From: Takakia lepidozioides
Taxonomy: Eukaryota > Plantae > Bryophyta
Assembly: GCA_030704615.1 (NCBI GenBank)
Contig: CM060734.1
Span: 60,016,001 to 60,080,000, forward strand
Reading direction: 5' to 3'
Length of the DNA stretch: 64,000 bases
The notes under the pieces were generated by a model, which saw nothing but the letters and a program-made list of their open reading frames with translations, made no database searches and was not told where the DNA came from. Shown here one piece after another: positions 12,429 through 25,000 of the stretch (its first letter is position 1; each line of letters opens with the position of its first letter). Both the position numbers and the translations under genes were made by a program.

Positions 12429-13420
12429 AATTCTTGGATAAGCGGATTTAAGAGAAGTGGAAATACAAGATGGCCCATGTACTGTGCAGAGAAGTAAAGT
12501 ATTTCCTGCAACTCGTCACCTACATGCGCAGCCTAAGGATGCAATCTGGCTTTCAAGGAGGTACGGGTTCTATCTCAACTCAGCTCATCTAGTCATTTTC
12601 AGTTGAGTCTGACTAGCTGTTGGAGAGGCAGACATTTGGAATACCAAATTTGCCGGGAGAGCAAATGGAGATTTCCCAGCATAGTCAGACCCACTGATTC
12701 TCCTGAGTGAGAAAGTGACCTGTTGGCAGGCTAGCTATGCATAATCAACCTCTGGTGTAAGAAAACATGGAAGAGAGAGCGGCGGGAGGCTGGGAGGGGT
12801 TTAAGAAGGGTTTGCGAGAACATTGCACTGAAACAATGGTCTATGTGCAGCTAAAGTCGTTTCTGTACTAGCAGCAGTGAAGACCTCCACTTTCTCCAGG
12901 GATTCCCACATCTTTGTCTTCCTCTTGAAGGTAACTTGCTTTTGCCCATGTTGTAACTCTTATTCTCAGTGCTTCTTAGGTGTATTACATAGTGTTATCA
13001 TTAGTCAAAAGCCAGATAATACTCGGTATGGTCATCTTAAGCCAGTTGTTATAATGGTGGCAGTGAAGATACACTAAAGATAGCCTACGAAGTCCTAATT
13101 CAGACTATTAAACTCTCACATGTTAAGAATGGAAATTCATGATTGTCTATGCTCAGTTACCATCAAGAATAGACATCCATGTGCACCAAGACCTCTTTAT
13201 AGAAATGTTGAGAGCTGTCCATACTTACTCTTAATTTTTCTCTGTGTCTGCAGGAATACAACGGCCAGATTAGCACCTTGTGTGACTGCTTCTGAGGGTA
13301 GCACTTTACCTTCTGACCTAAACCATTGATTTCAAATAGGTGATGGATACTGTAAGTAATATTTGGACTTGTCGAATTGGTGCTTGGGTAATGCAAAGCA
13401 GGAGCTCTATGTAGCTGAAA

Positions 13421-13884
13421 GCTGTACCCACTCTCGGCACTAGACTGAAATTTAGACTCAGGGCAGGAAGCCTACCTTTGAACAGCAAACAGAAGCAGAG
13501 AGGAAAGGGAGAGTGCAATTGCCCGTTGTGTGGGCAACCTGAAGACAATATTCATTTTCTGATTCACTGTCCGGGGTTCACTCACCAAAGAGATGCTCTC
13601 CTCAAATCTATCAAGGGAATTGTGCCTGTACCTTTGTTTACCAGCTTTGAAAGTCTCGAGGCTGAGCCAAAAGCCCTTCTGAGGCCTAGTTTTTGGCAAA
13701 TCACACACAGCAGATGATGCTTGGATTTCTAGAGGATATCTGGAAAACCCAGATGTATCAAGGTAAGTCTTACTACCAATGTCAGCCCCTGACAGAGGTA
13801 GGTTCTGTCCCTTTATGTTCCGCTCAAACTGGGCGCGGGGTCAATGGCCACAAGGCTACGGCAAACAACGTCTTATGAGTACAT
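13421..13884 (+). mobile_element. 5'-truncated LINE family 1 copy with TSD
   Basis: Encodes CNCPLCGQPEDNIHFLIHCP and ends in the family 1 tail. 15-bp TSD TCTATGTAGCTGAAA at 13406-13420 and 13885-13899. Confidence 0.92.
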
Positions 13885-13984
13885 TCTATGTAGCTGAAAA
13901 GCTTGGTACTGCACAAATAGGGCTTGTTCTACATGTATTAACTTTGCTTACTTGTGTGAGTTGCTTGCCAATTGATAACGACTA

Positions 13985-14340
13985 AGGTCCAGTGCCACGA
14001 GGCATGGCATCTTAGACCATGACATGACAGTGGTGGGGTAGTGATCAGCCAGAAACACGATGCAGGATGGCTTAGTGGCGGGTAGTGATCAGCCTACCAC
14101 AACCACGGGAGAGCAGCACTTAGCCACTGAGTAGCATACGTGCTACCACTACCACAAAGAGTAGTAGTAGTGAGTAGTGGCCATAAGGAAGCATAGGCTT
14201 TACTAGGCAATGTAGTGGTCGTGGGTTGTGAACCACTATACCACACGACCATGATCCACTTACCACGAGGCACTTTTTTGGTAACCTTTTATGTTGCGCA
14301 GGCAGCTAAGCAACGGTCATTAACGACCTTAGACTGTAAA
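13985..14340. repeat. Short interspersed element related to the sequence at 63790-64000
   Basis: Shared block ...GTTGCGYAGGCAGYTARGCAA(A)CGGTCATTAACGACC..RGRCTGT, plus many ACCAC/GTGGT motifs in both places. Left boundary is approximate. Confidence 0.6.
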
Positions 14341-14687
14341 CGGCTCTTTGAGCATCAGTATAAAAGGACTGCATGCAACTTAGAAGGCATCGATGATGTA
14401 CTTGTGCTATGGTTGTGAGACTTGTTTGAAGGACTCATTCCCAAGTAAAGCTATGGCTTCCACCACTCCTGTGTAGAGAGAATGTGAGGGAGAGTTGTTT
14501 GCTGTTTTTTTGTATGCAAGGACAAGACTTAGTCGCAGCTACCGCAGCCTCTTATGCGGTTGGGCAGAAATTTGCCCAATAATGTTTTTTTTTCTTTGAA
14601 CGGTTGGGCAATATCACATTAATATATCTTATTTGGGCAATCCAGTTGTGAAGTTTATAATAATTTAGACAGGTCATGAGCCAAATA

Positions 14688-15092
14688 TGTTGTGCCTTAC
14701 GGCGTAACCAGGGGTTTTAAGTTTTTTCCCCGCAATAAACTTAATAAAATTAATTCAGGGTCCCGTCCAGTGTTTTTTTTTTCAAATTTTGAAAAGAACA
14801 GGACTGGCTACTGAGTTTTGCAGGAAATAGCCATATTTTCTGCTCATCCACTGAAATTTGGACAGAATCATCCTCCTCTGTACTTTCATCCATGCATATC
14901 AACCATATTAGGCAAATTCATCCAAGATTTATATTTCTTTTTGAGAATTTTGGCGATTTCATCCATGAGAAAACAGGGAATTTACGACAAAATATTCGAT
15001 TTTGATTTTTTAGGTCGAAAAAGTGCGAAATTTCGCCAGAAATAAAAACACTGGTCCCGTCCCATGATTCAACTTTAAGAAATAAATAAAAA
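14688..15092 (+). mobile_element. L1 3' UTR/poly(A) fragment, split by the hAT MITE
   Basis: GTGCCTTACGGCGTAA..GGGTTTTAA..TTTTCCCC..AATAAAATT matches the 3' end of the L1 at about 18200-18275; an A-rich tail follows the MITE. Confidence 0.6.
14768..15053. mobile_element. hAT-superfamily MITE (286 bp)
   Basis: 10-bp TIRs CAGTGTTTTT / AAAAACACTG; perfect 8-bp TSD GTCCCGTC (14760-14767 and 15054-15061). Confidence 0.9.
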
Positions 15093-15149
15093 CAAATGGG
15101 TTAATTGGGCAAAGAGTCAATGAGTAATGAATTCGCAAAATAAGCTGAG

Positions 15150-18100
15150 ATGGCCAACTTCATCTTTCAGCAGCAAGAAATGCCCCCGGATATGATGCAG
15201 GGGGTAATAATTTTGCTATACAAGAAGGGAGACCGCACTAACATAGCCAACTACCAACCCATCACATTGCTTAACGTAGCCTACAAAATCATAGCCAAAG
15301 CCTTGGCAAGGAGGCTTCAGCCACTTCTTCCAATCATTATAAGACCAGGGCAAACAGGCTTTATCAAAAGGAAGATACATACTAGATAACCTCCTACTGG
15401 CCCAAGAGATACCCCACTATGCCGCCAGAACTAACCAAGCGATATCACTTTTATTACTGGACTTTGAGAAAGCATTTGACAGGGTTGAATGGTCTTTCCT
15501 TATGGGGGCACTCCGGAAAATAGGTCTACCTGAAAGCTTCTGCCAATGGGTCAAAATCATGATATCTGGATCCTCCAGTAGGGTGCTCCTCAATGGCCAT
15601 CTTTCAAAACCATTTTCTCTTCTCAGATCGGTTCACCAAGGTTGTCCATTGTCCCCTTTCCTGTTCTTTGTGGCAGTAGACTGCCTGGGTCATATGCTAC
15701 AAGCTAATCAGGATATTACAGGGCTGAAGACAATAAACCACATTACCCGGCAGCCAACGCAGGTTAGGGAATCAATGTTCGTTGATGACACTTTCCTGGC
15801 ACTCCAATCCAACCCAGCGAACCTCGACGGTGCTGTCCACACCTTGGAAACTTTTTGTCAGACATCAGGGTTCAAAGTCAATTGGGGCAAGATTTGCGCT
15901 GTGTTGGTAGGGGACACATCCAAGTCACTAATCGGAACCCAGCCAAGGTGGGGAACTGACAAGGGCTTAAGATGGTTGCAGCCGGGTCAGACGACAACCC
16001 TGCTAGGGTATACGTTTGGTATCAATCTCACAGACCAGCAACGCTTTGAACCCAAACCTCAAATCCAAGTTATCCCACTGGGGATCATACCACCTCTCTA
16101 TCACTGGCAGGGCAATAGTAACAAACCAGATCCTATCAGCTGGGCTATGGTTCTTCTCGGCCTTGTGGAGACCTGCCTCGTCATATATCAAAGAGGCTAC
16201 CACACTCTTGAGAAACTTCATATGGGGGGCAAACAACCATACTGAAAAGAAACGACCGCAAGTATCTTGGAAGCAAATTTGCATGCCAAAGAAAAAGGGG
16301 GGTTGGGAAACCTGGATAAACAGATTACAGCCCTTTTAGCAAAATGGATCCCTAGATTCTTGGGGCCGGAGGGAGGATGGTGGAAGTTCCTCGTGGCAGA
16401 TCATATCGCAGAAGCCACCCCCGTGAAGGGAGCAAGATGGAAACCATCATTTCGTTGGATTGTCAATGGCTTTAAGCACAAACACATGGGATCCCCCTTG
16501 TGGAACTCTATCTGGCAAGCCTGGACACGTCTGAGACCATTCTTAGCAAAAAAAGAGCCAACCACCTATGATGAAACTCTTAGACAATCCCTCTTCCTGA
16601 ACAGCAATGTCACCTCGTCAACCCAGAAACAACAAGCAAAGAAATGGTCAGCCTGGGACTTTGGAGGCATCTCAAAAGTTGCAGATATCTGGAAACAAAG
16701 AGGCTTCCTGTCCAAACAAGATGTCTCAAACATAGTGGGCAAAGTAAGATCTAACCATGGATTCGATGCCATCCTTCAGGCCATTCCTCCTACATGGATA
16801 GATATACTGGAACAGGGACCTTCGCAACCAAACGCCAACTACTGGACTCTGGTGATATTATCCAGCAAACTTACTATCATCTTTGTGGTTACCTCCACTG
16901 GGCAGGCCATGGAAGGTTACTCTTTTCATATAGACACTGTCACAATGACCTTATCAATTCAAGATACCTCTATTGCAACCTTCCCCCACAGAGCCCATAC
17001 TCCTGTCTCTATCTGCTGCTGGTCATCACCAGCAAAAGAGATTAACCCTCTGCCACCCCTTAACCAGCCGCTGTAATGCTTGGCTTTCCACCCAGCGCTT
17101 TGTTTGGATACTCGGGAGACCTCTTCAAGAGTTGGACCTGGACCCCAAAGAATGGTCTTGGGAAATAGCCAGAGCGCCAGAACCCTTCTTTTCCTACACC
17201 ACCAAAAAAGGATACCAAGCACTCTCCCTGTCAGACCCACTAAATGACAAATGGAATGGAAAATGGAGACACCTAAACTTTGACAGGGAGAGCTGGGACA
17301 CTATATGGAGAATCATTTGGAAGAAAAGCAGGCCTGCTAAGCTATCGGCATTCTTGTGCTAATAGGGTTTTGAAGGCGGGAGAATGGCTGGGATTCGATG
17401 ATGCCCTCCACTGCAAATGTTGCTCGTTAGCAATACTGGAATCGCAGGAGCATTGTCTCTTGCATTGCGGGGCACCAGCGGTCATCTGGCCACACATTAA
17501 ATCCTTCTATCGTTCCTGGGATGCCCAGCCATTAGGGTCAATTTCCCTCCTGCTGAACTACGACTTAACTACCAAACAAAAAGCTAACGACTGCCCAGTT
17601 CTTGATACCCTCAGGACAGCCACTCTTTGGCACATTTGGAGAGCTCGTGTAAAAGAACCCTCAATGGAACGACATGCTCCATTTCTACTCTCCTCGCTGC
17701 CATTTACTATGATCTGCTGATAGAAGCAAGAAAAGCATGGATCAAGCTCTGTGCAGATTCTAAAAAAAACCCACGAAATGCAGGTAATTTGCACCACACC
17801 TTCGCAGCTACCTGGGCACATCAAGGAATCATCTGCACCAGCTCCGCATCAGATCGCTGCGATTGGAACAAGCAACCTCCGGCTGGTGCGATCTCAATTC
17901 ACCCGTCCACAGCGTCGCCAGACTATGACAGGGACGTAAACTGGAAACATGTTAAGGATGGAAACATGTTAAGGACGCCGCCGGGCCATCCAGGCTCCAC
18001 TTTCATTGATGATTGAGCATACTGAGAAAGCACTAGAGTCGATAACACATAAATCGTATAGTGCAGGAGCCCTAAGATCAAGGCTACAGCTAGCCATATA

Positions 18101-18318
18101 TTGTCTTTATGAGAAATCTTTGCTCGGTTTACACTGAGCAGCTAGATTTGCTATTACTCCGCAGGGAGTTGGTAGGTTCTTAATATCACTAACATCGGTG
18201 TGTGTGCCTCATGGCGTAATGGAGGGTTTTAATTTTTTCCCCTCTAATAACTCTAATAAAATTTCAACCCAGGGCGCTGAACCCTGTTTCTGTGAAAAAA
18301 ATAAAAATAAAATAAAAA
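15150..18318 (+). mobile_element. 5'-truncated L1-clade LINE (frameshifted ORF2)
   Basis: RT motifs NYQPITLLNVAYKI, LLDFEKAFDRVEW, HQGCPLSPFLF and MFVDDT; downstream EKGGLG and CxxC..ESQEHCLLHC zinc finger; A-rich tail at 18295-18318. Confidence 0.9.
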
Positions 18319-18826
18319 ATTATCAAACCTACCAACTAGTCTTAAATAATTTATCTGATTTGAAATAAATTAGGCAACACTGACCCAACTATTCTGAGGT
18401 GATAACGGCACCGTTACATTGTTTGACATAAGGCGCTACGTGGATCAAGCTATCAATCAAGCTAACAACATCCATCCACTTGTTTGCTTGGTTGCTTGGT
18501 GTAGATTGAAAGGCAAACAAGTTACTTTGAGATAGAGGAGAACTAAGTAGAGCAGCTTTGCTAAGAGGGTAGAGAACATTGCAAGGCTGCCAGCAGAGCC
18601 ACAGAGACCACAGTGTATACATGGAAGTTTGATGGCAATGATTTTTATTTTTATTTTTATTAGGAAGAGGGGGATTGTAGCCCTGTAAATTTATTAAAGG
18701 ATAAGGAAAAATAACCTTATAGGAAGCCATAAGGCAGATTGCTGAGGTACCACCAAGCCTAAAAGTCCAGATGATCGAGAAAGAAGAGAACAAAGCTAAG
18801 CTGAGGAGCCATCAAGATCGCTTCCT

Positions 18827-19086
18827 TGTTGGAGGTGTCAAGGCTATAGCCCTTGCACGGCACTCTGAGAACAGAAAGGGACGGGTAGCTCAGTGGTAGA
18901 GCACCCCATCGGAATGGGAGAGGTCCTAGGTTCAATCCCTAGCCCGACCACACGCCAGTGGTTTTCCAACATGGTATCAGAGCCAAGGTTGGGGCGGTGG
19001 TCAGAATGGGTAGGCATCAGCTATAAGGGCTATGCCTTGAGGGGGAGTGTTGGAGGTGTCAAGGCTATAGCCCTTGCACGGCAACA
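18827..19086 (+). mobile_element. TRIM with tRNA-like LTR, copy 2 (PBS intact, 3' LTR internally deleted)
   Basis: 5' LTR 18827-18971; PBS TGGTATCAGAGCC at 18972-18984 (complementary to the initiator tRNA-Met 3' end); PPT before 19048; 39-bp 3' LTR 19048-19086 keeps TG..CAACA ends; 5-bp TSD TTCCT (18822-18826 and 19087-19091). Confidence 0.95.
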
Positions 19087-19761
19087 TTCCTAACTAAGTT
19101 AAGCTTATTGGGAACCGAGTAAGGAGAAAGAGATAGAATTGTGCGCTTCCAACCATCTGAAAGGAGGGTCACCTTGTCAAGAAACAGATCATAAGAACAG
19201 CCTATGAACTCCCTCTTTTTCTCTTGGGAGCATCAAAAGAGAGTTGGAAAAGCTTGCAAGGGGTTTTGATACGAGGTTTGTAGAACCTTATCTAAGCACA
19301 TGAAGCTCACATGAATCAAGATAATTTCAAAACATATTTAATCATAATTTTCAAGATTTGGGCATTTTTTGATGAAAATTTATAAAATTTCAGCATTTGT
19401 TTTCAATAATTTTGCATGATTGGACTATTGATATTAAGTTCTGAATTTTATGTTTTTTTTGGGAAAATGCTTAAAATAATTCTAGCGACGACCTAAGGTC
19501 GGAAGCTAGTTTAGCGTAGAGCAGGAATAGGGTGCCATAGTGCCACATCATCGTCGCCACGTCATCGTAGCCAGGTCATCGTCGTCGTCAATTTCTTTGG
19601 AATCTGCCCAGACGGCCCGCGCGAAATAGGCCAATAGAAATCGTCGCGCCAACTTTTTCGGAACTGCCGCAATGCCCGGATCTTGATTTCCTGAACTGCA
19701 GGAGCTCTGCCGCCATCGTTCATCTTGCAAGCTGCAAACTCTCAACGAATTGAGGAAATCC

Positions 19762-21881
19762 ATGCTGAGGTAGATTGTAGCCCTGCGTTGTCTTTTACAT
19801 TCCAGTCGTCTCTCACCGTCACCCATTCCTGCATTTTCCCAACGGACCCATATCCCAGAATGTTTTGCAACGGCGGCGAAGGACGAGGGTTCATCTGCAG
19901 GAGCTTCCTCCTGGATGCAGAGGCTGAAGAGTGTGTTCAAGAGCAAGACACCTTCATCAAATTCTTCCCAATTGGATACTTTTAAAGAAAAGTCTGTGTC
20001 TCAGCATGACCTTACAATGGAAAGTGAGTGCCATTCTACTGTGTCGCTAGGTGCTCTGCTACAGATTCAACAATCTAATATCATAAAAGGCCCTCACTTG
20101 CACAATGTGACTGCTGGGAGTTGATCAGTATGAACCGTTGGATCACTTTGTTTATTTATTGCAAAGGACACTTCACGAATTTCTTAGCTGAATGAAATGA
20201 TGGTGCAGACAAGTCTGCTACTGGTACCAATTTGGCTTATAGGAGACAATGGCGGATATGCTTCTTCCAACAACATGCGACTGCAGGAAGGAACCCAGTA
20301 GGTGTAAATTGGAGACTGAAGAGACAATACCCTAAAGCCTAGACTGGGCCTGCATTATGATGATTCGCAATATATGACACCAGTATAACAGAGGGGGGGA
20401 TGTGGAAATTGGCTGATGGTTTCCGCCGGGAATATAAGTCTTTTGTGGGAAGAGTAACAGTGATCAAACAAGCAAGAAATTTTATGTCTTCTTTCAATGA
20501 GTGCTTGAAGACCCCAGATTGAGAGCCCAATCCTGTAGTTTGCAGCCACGGTGGTCAGAGGTTGGAAATTAGCCCAATAACCGGTTTAGTATAAGTATGT
20601 ACTCGATTTGTGAATTTGTCTTTGAAATCTGGCTCTGCCTCTCAACAGATTTTCTTTGTGTTGTACAGATTTTGCAGATGAGTTGAAGAAGGCACGCCAG
20701 TTTGGAAGTCTAACGACATTTGGACGCGGCCTGCCCAGAGGGGGTGAAGTATCAGCTGTAAAATCCCTTGAGAGACAGGAGGGGATTCTTCGATCCCTAG
20801 CCCGACATGACCCTCTGGTATGCTTTTTCATTACATCTGAATTTGGTTGCTACAGGAAAGTCTGTTTCAATGTTTAATGAGAGCACCAACCTTCAGAAGT
20901 GGTAAACAGTTAAAGAGGGCTGCATACTGGACGGCCAGGCTTGCAGGTGAGCACACGATGTCTTCAGAAAGTAAGCAAGGGGCATGGGGCTAGGCATGGT
21001 GTGGGTCCAGCGAGTTGGAGAGCTGCACAAGGCTGAGGTGGCAACGGAGTGGGGGTGCACTGTGCGTGGTGTTGATGCCGTACTGGCAAAGTACGAGTAG
21101 GCAAAAGAGACAAACAGGCGTGTGATGAAGCTTAAAGAGGAAGGCAAGTCGCTTCCCAAGTCTCTTGACGAGGTTAGTCTCCCGTGTTTGCTGCCTAAGA
21201 GCTCTTGTATGTTTTTGTTATGCTCTGGCAGCTACATTCTCTTCTCAAAATCTCTCCTCCCGCTGTCTCACCAATGGCTTTCCACTGTTTGCATGTTTCC
21301 TACCATCTTTTAATACCTTGAATGATGAAATATATTTGTCCCTATACCTTGAATATAAGGTGGCCATAGCTGGGAGATGAAGGGTCTGGCCTGAGGTTGA
21401 CACCATGGATTTGTTGGTTGGTGAAGGTGGAAGAGTTGATGGGGGGTCGCTGGAATGCGGCAGCATCTGTGAATCTTGCAAAAAGTGGACAACTGAGTCG
21501 AAATGCTGCTTGTCTATGCGGCTCTGGAAAGAATTACAAGAGGTGGGTTCTCGCTCTTTTCACAGCTCCTCTCATCTCCCTGCCCCATTCCAATGGGAGT
21601 GTCGTAAGGCGGAGAGAAGCAATGTTTCTCGCTGCTTTATCTCACACTCATACTTAAATAGATGGATTTTGTGGCTAGATGAGTCAAATTTCAAACTTAA
21701 AGCAAAGCAAGTAGTACTATCAAACATCATGTAGCCTGGCAATAAGCTGGCCGTGAGGCATCTGTGGCTTGAACACTATCTTACAAGCAAAGTATGCTCC
21801 AAATGTATTGCCTATCCTTTACTAGACCATGACTGGTAAAAATCTGGGGAGTTCTGTTGCAGGTGTTGTGGGAAGTCATAA
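19762..21881 (+). pseudogene. Complete intron-containing SEC-C motif gene (At3g04950-like), pseudogenised
   Basis: ATG 19762 with a transit-peptide-like N-terminus; exons about 19762-20023, 20669-20817, 20947-21172, ~21395-21542 and 21863-21881 give WMQRLKSVF, FADELKKARQ, KLKEEGKSLPKS and NLAKSGQLSRNAACLCGSGKNYKRCCGKS*. Premature TAGs at 19771-19773 and 21098-21100. Family assignment is from memory of the motifs. Confidence 0.8.
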
Positions 21882-22059
21882 GCTTGGACTTGAAACAGGG
21901 AAGTCATGCTGCACAAGCACGCACTTATGAAGAGTTTGTGCTCTGTTGTGAGGTCAGGTGGCCTCCTGCCGTTTTATCGTTTTGGTCACCTACTTTCACT
22001 CCAAAGGGACTTTGACAGATGCAACTGGGTCTTTACATCTTTACATCAGCACTTCCTCT

Positions 22060-25000
22060 GAGCAAATGATGTGCAAAGGGGTGAAGCCCAACCGCATAAC
22101 GTTTGTTTGCATTGGCAATGTGTGTGCAAGCCTGGCAGCCCTGGAAAGGTGCAAAGAGGTCCATGGTGACATCGTCAAATCTGGAATTGTACCCGATGTC
22201 ATTCTGAACAGGGCTGGACATGTATGTCAAATGTGAGTGCATCGAGGATGGAAAGGGAGTGTTCGACAGTATGGCTGAATGAGATGTGGTGTCGTGGAGT
22301 GCGACGATTGTAGGATATGTACAACAAGTATGCGAGATGGAGGCTTTGGAGACCTATGAGCAATTGATGTGCGAAGGGGTGAAGCCCAACCGCAACACAT
22401 TTGTTTATGTTTGCAATGCGTTCGGGACCAAAATTGGCGGATCTACCTTTGACCATAAGGGCCATCCCCACACACGGGCTTCAATATGCCAACCTTGCAA
22501 GCCTAGGAGCTCTAGAAAAGGGGAAAGAGGTCCATGGTGACATCGTCAGCTGGATTTGTACCAGATGTCATCCTGAACACTGCCCTGGTGGACATGTTGC
22601 CAAATGTGGGTGCATGAAGGATGCGAAGGGATTTTTCAAATGGCTGAACAAGATGTGGTGTCGTGGAACGCGATGCTTTCAGGGTATGCACAACAGGGGC
22701 ATGGGATGGAGGCTTTGGAGACCTATGAGCAAATAATGGGGGAAGGGGTGAAGCCCGACCACATCACGTTTGTGTGCGTTTGCAATGCGTGTGCAAGCCT
22801 GGCAGCCCTGGAAAAGGGCAAAAAGCGGTCAATGGTTGCATCGCCAAAGCTGGAACTATACCAGGTGTGATCCTGAACACTGCCCTGGTGGACATGTATG
22901 CCAAATGTGGGAGCATTGAGGATGCAGAGGGAGTGTTCAACAATATGGCTGAACGAGATTTATTGTTGTGGAACGTGATGCTTGCAGGATATGCACAGCA
23001 GGGCATGGGATGGAGGACTTGGAGATATGCACAGCAAGGGCAGGATGGAGGCTTTGGAGACCTAGGAGCAAATGTTGTGCGAAGGGGCGAAGCCCAACCA
23101 CATCACATTTGTTTGTGTTTGCAATGCTTGTGCAAGCCTGGGAGCTCTGGAAAAGGGGAAAGAGGTCCGTGTTGACATCGCCAAAGCTGGAATTGTACCT
23201 GATGTCATTCTGAACACTGCCCTGGTGGACATGTATGCCAAATGTGGGTGCATTAAGGATACGAAGGGAGTTAATTTCAACACCATGGCTGAACGAGATG
23301 TGGTGTCGTGGAACGCGATGCTTGCAGGGGTATGCACAGCAGGGGCATGGGATGGAGACTTTGGAGACCTATGAGAAAATGATGGGGGAAGGGGTGAAGC
23401 CACATCACGTTTGTGTGCGTTTGCAGTTCATGTGCAAGCCTGGCAGCCCTGGAAAAGGGCAAAGAGGTACATGGTTGCATCGCCAAAGCTGGAATTGTAC
23501 CAGATGTGATTATGAACAATACCCTTGTAGACATGTATGCCAAATGTGGGTGCATTAAAGATGCGGATGAAGTGTTCAACAGTATGGTTGAACGAGATTT
23601 GGTGTCATGGAATGCCATGCTTGTAGGATATGCACAGCAGGGGCGCGGGATGGAGGCCTTGGAGACCTATGAGCAAATGATGGGTAAGGGGTGAAGTGCG
23701 ACCACATCACGTTTGTGAGCGTTTGCAATGCTTGTGCAAGCCTGGCAGCCCTGGAAAAGGGCAAAGGGTGCATGGTGACATCATCAAAGTTGGAATTGTA
23801 TCAAGGTTGCAATGTGTGTGCAAACCTGGGAGCCCTGGAAAATGGGAAAGAGGTCCGTGGTGACATCGTCAATGCTGGAATTGCACCAGATTCATCTTGA
23901 ACACTGCCCTGATGGACATATGCCAAATGTGGGTGGATCGAGGATGCGAAGGGAGTTTTCAACATTGTGGTTGAAAGAAATGTGGTGTCGTGGAACGCTA
24001 TGCTTGCAGGGTATGCACAGCAGGGGCACGGGATGGAGGCTTTGGAGACCTATGAACAAATGATGGGGGAAGTGGTGAAGCCCTCATGGAGTGCAATGAT
24101 TGCAGGATATTAAAGTGGAGAACAACCTTCTTGACGCCAAATGTGGGAGCGGAAAAGTTGCACGTCAGGTTTTCGACAAAATGCCTGAACGAGATGTGGT
24201 CTCATAGAATGCCATGATTACAGGATATGCTGAGCATGGCTATGTTGAAGAGGCTTTCAAGATACAAGTAAATGGAACTGGACGCGATGACACCGAACAG
24301 GGTCACGTTCGTTTCTGTTGTCAATGCATGTGTCAGTCTAGGGGCCCTGGAAAAGGGCACGCGGGTCCATGCTGATATTAACAAAGCTGGGGTTGTGTCA
24401 TATATTAACTTGGACAATGTCCTTGTTAACATGTATGCCAAATGTGGGAGTGTTCACGATGCACGTCAAGTGCTTGAAAATATGGTTCAGCAAGCATGGA
24501 ATGCCATAATTGCAGGATATGCTCAGCATGGGTGTAGTACAGAGGCCTTCCAACTATTTGAACAGATGCAGCAGGAAGGCTTGAAGCCAGATGGTATCAC
24601 CTTCGTTTCTCTTCTCTCTGCTTGTAGGCATGTAGGCCTGGTGGATGAAGGCCACCACTTGTTTGGTTCCATGAGTAGAGATCATGGCCTCACTCCTACA
24701 GTGGAGCATTTTTGCTGCATTGTGGACCTTCTTGGCCGTGTAGGCCGATGAGATGAGGCAGAAGAGTTCATCAACAAAATGCCAATTGAACCAGATGCTC
24801 TGGTTTGGGGGACCTTGTTTGCTGCTGCCAAAATTCATGGGGATGTGGAGGTAGCAGAACATGCAGCAAAATCTCTTCTCAAGTGCGATCCCAACCACCA
24901 TGCAGCTTATGTGCTGCTATCCAACATCTACGCCGCATCTGGCATGTGACAATATGACACAACATGATGTGGTTTCATGGAGGACCATGATTGCAGCATA

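Noticed and set aside
19481-19510. Canonical Helitron 3' end (hairpin plus CTAG)
   Set aside because: Similarity between the two copies extends to the right of this motif, so it is the element's head, not its tail.
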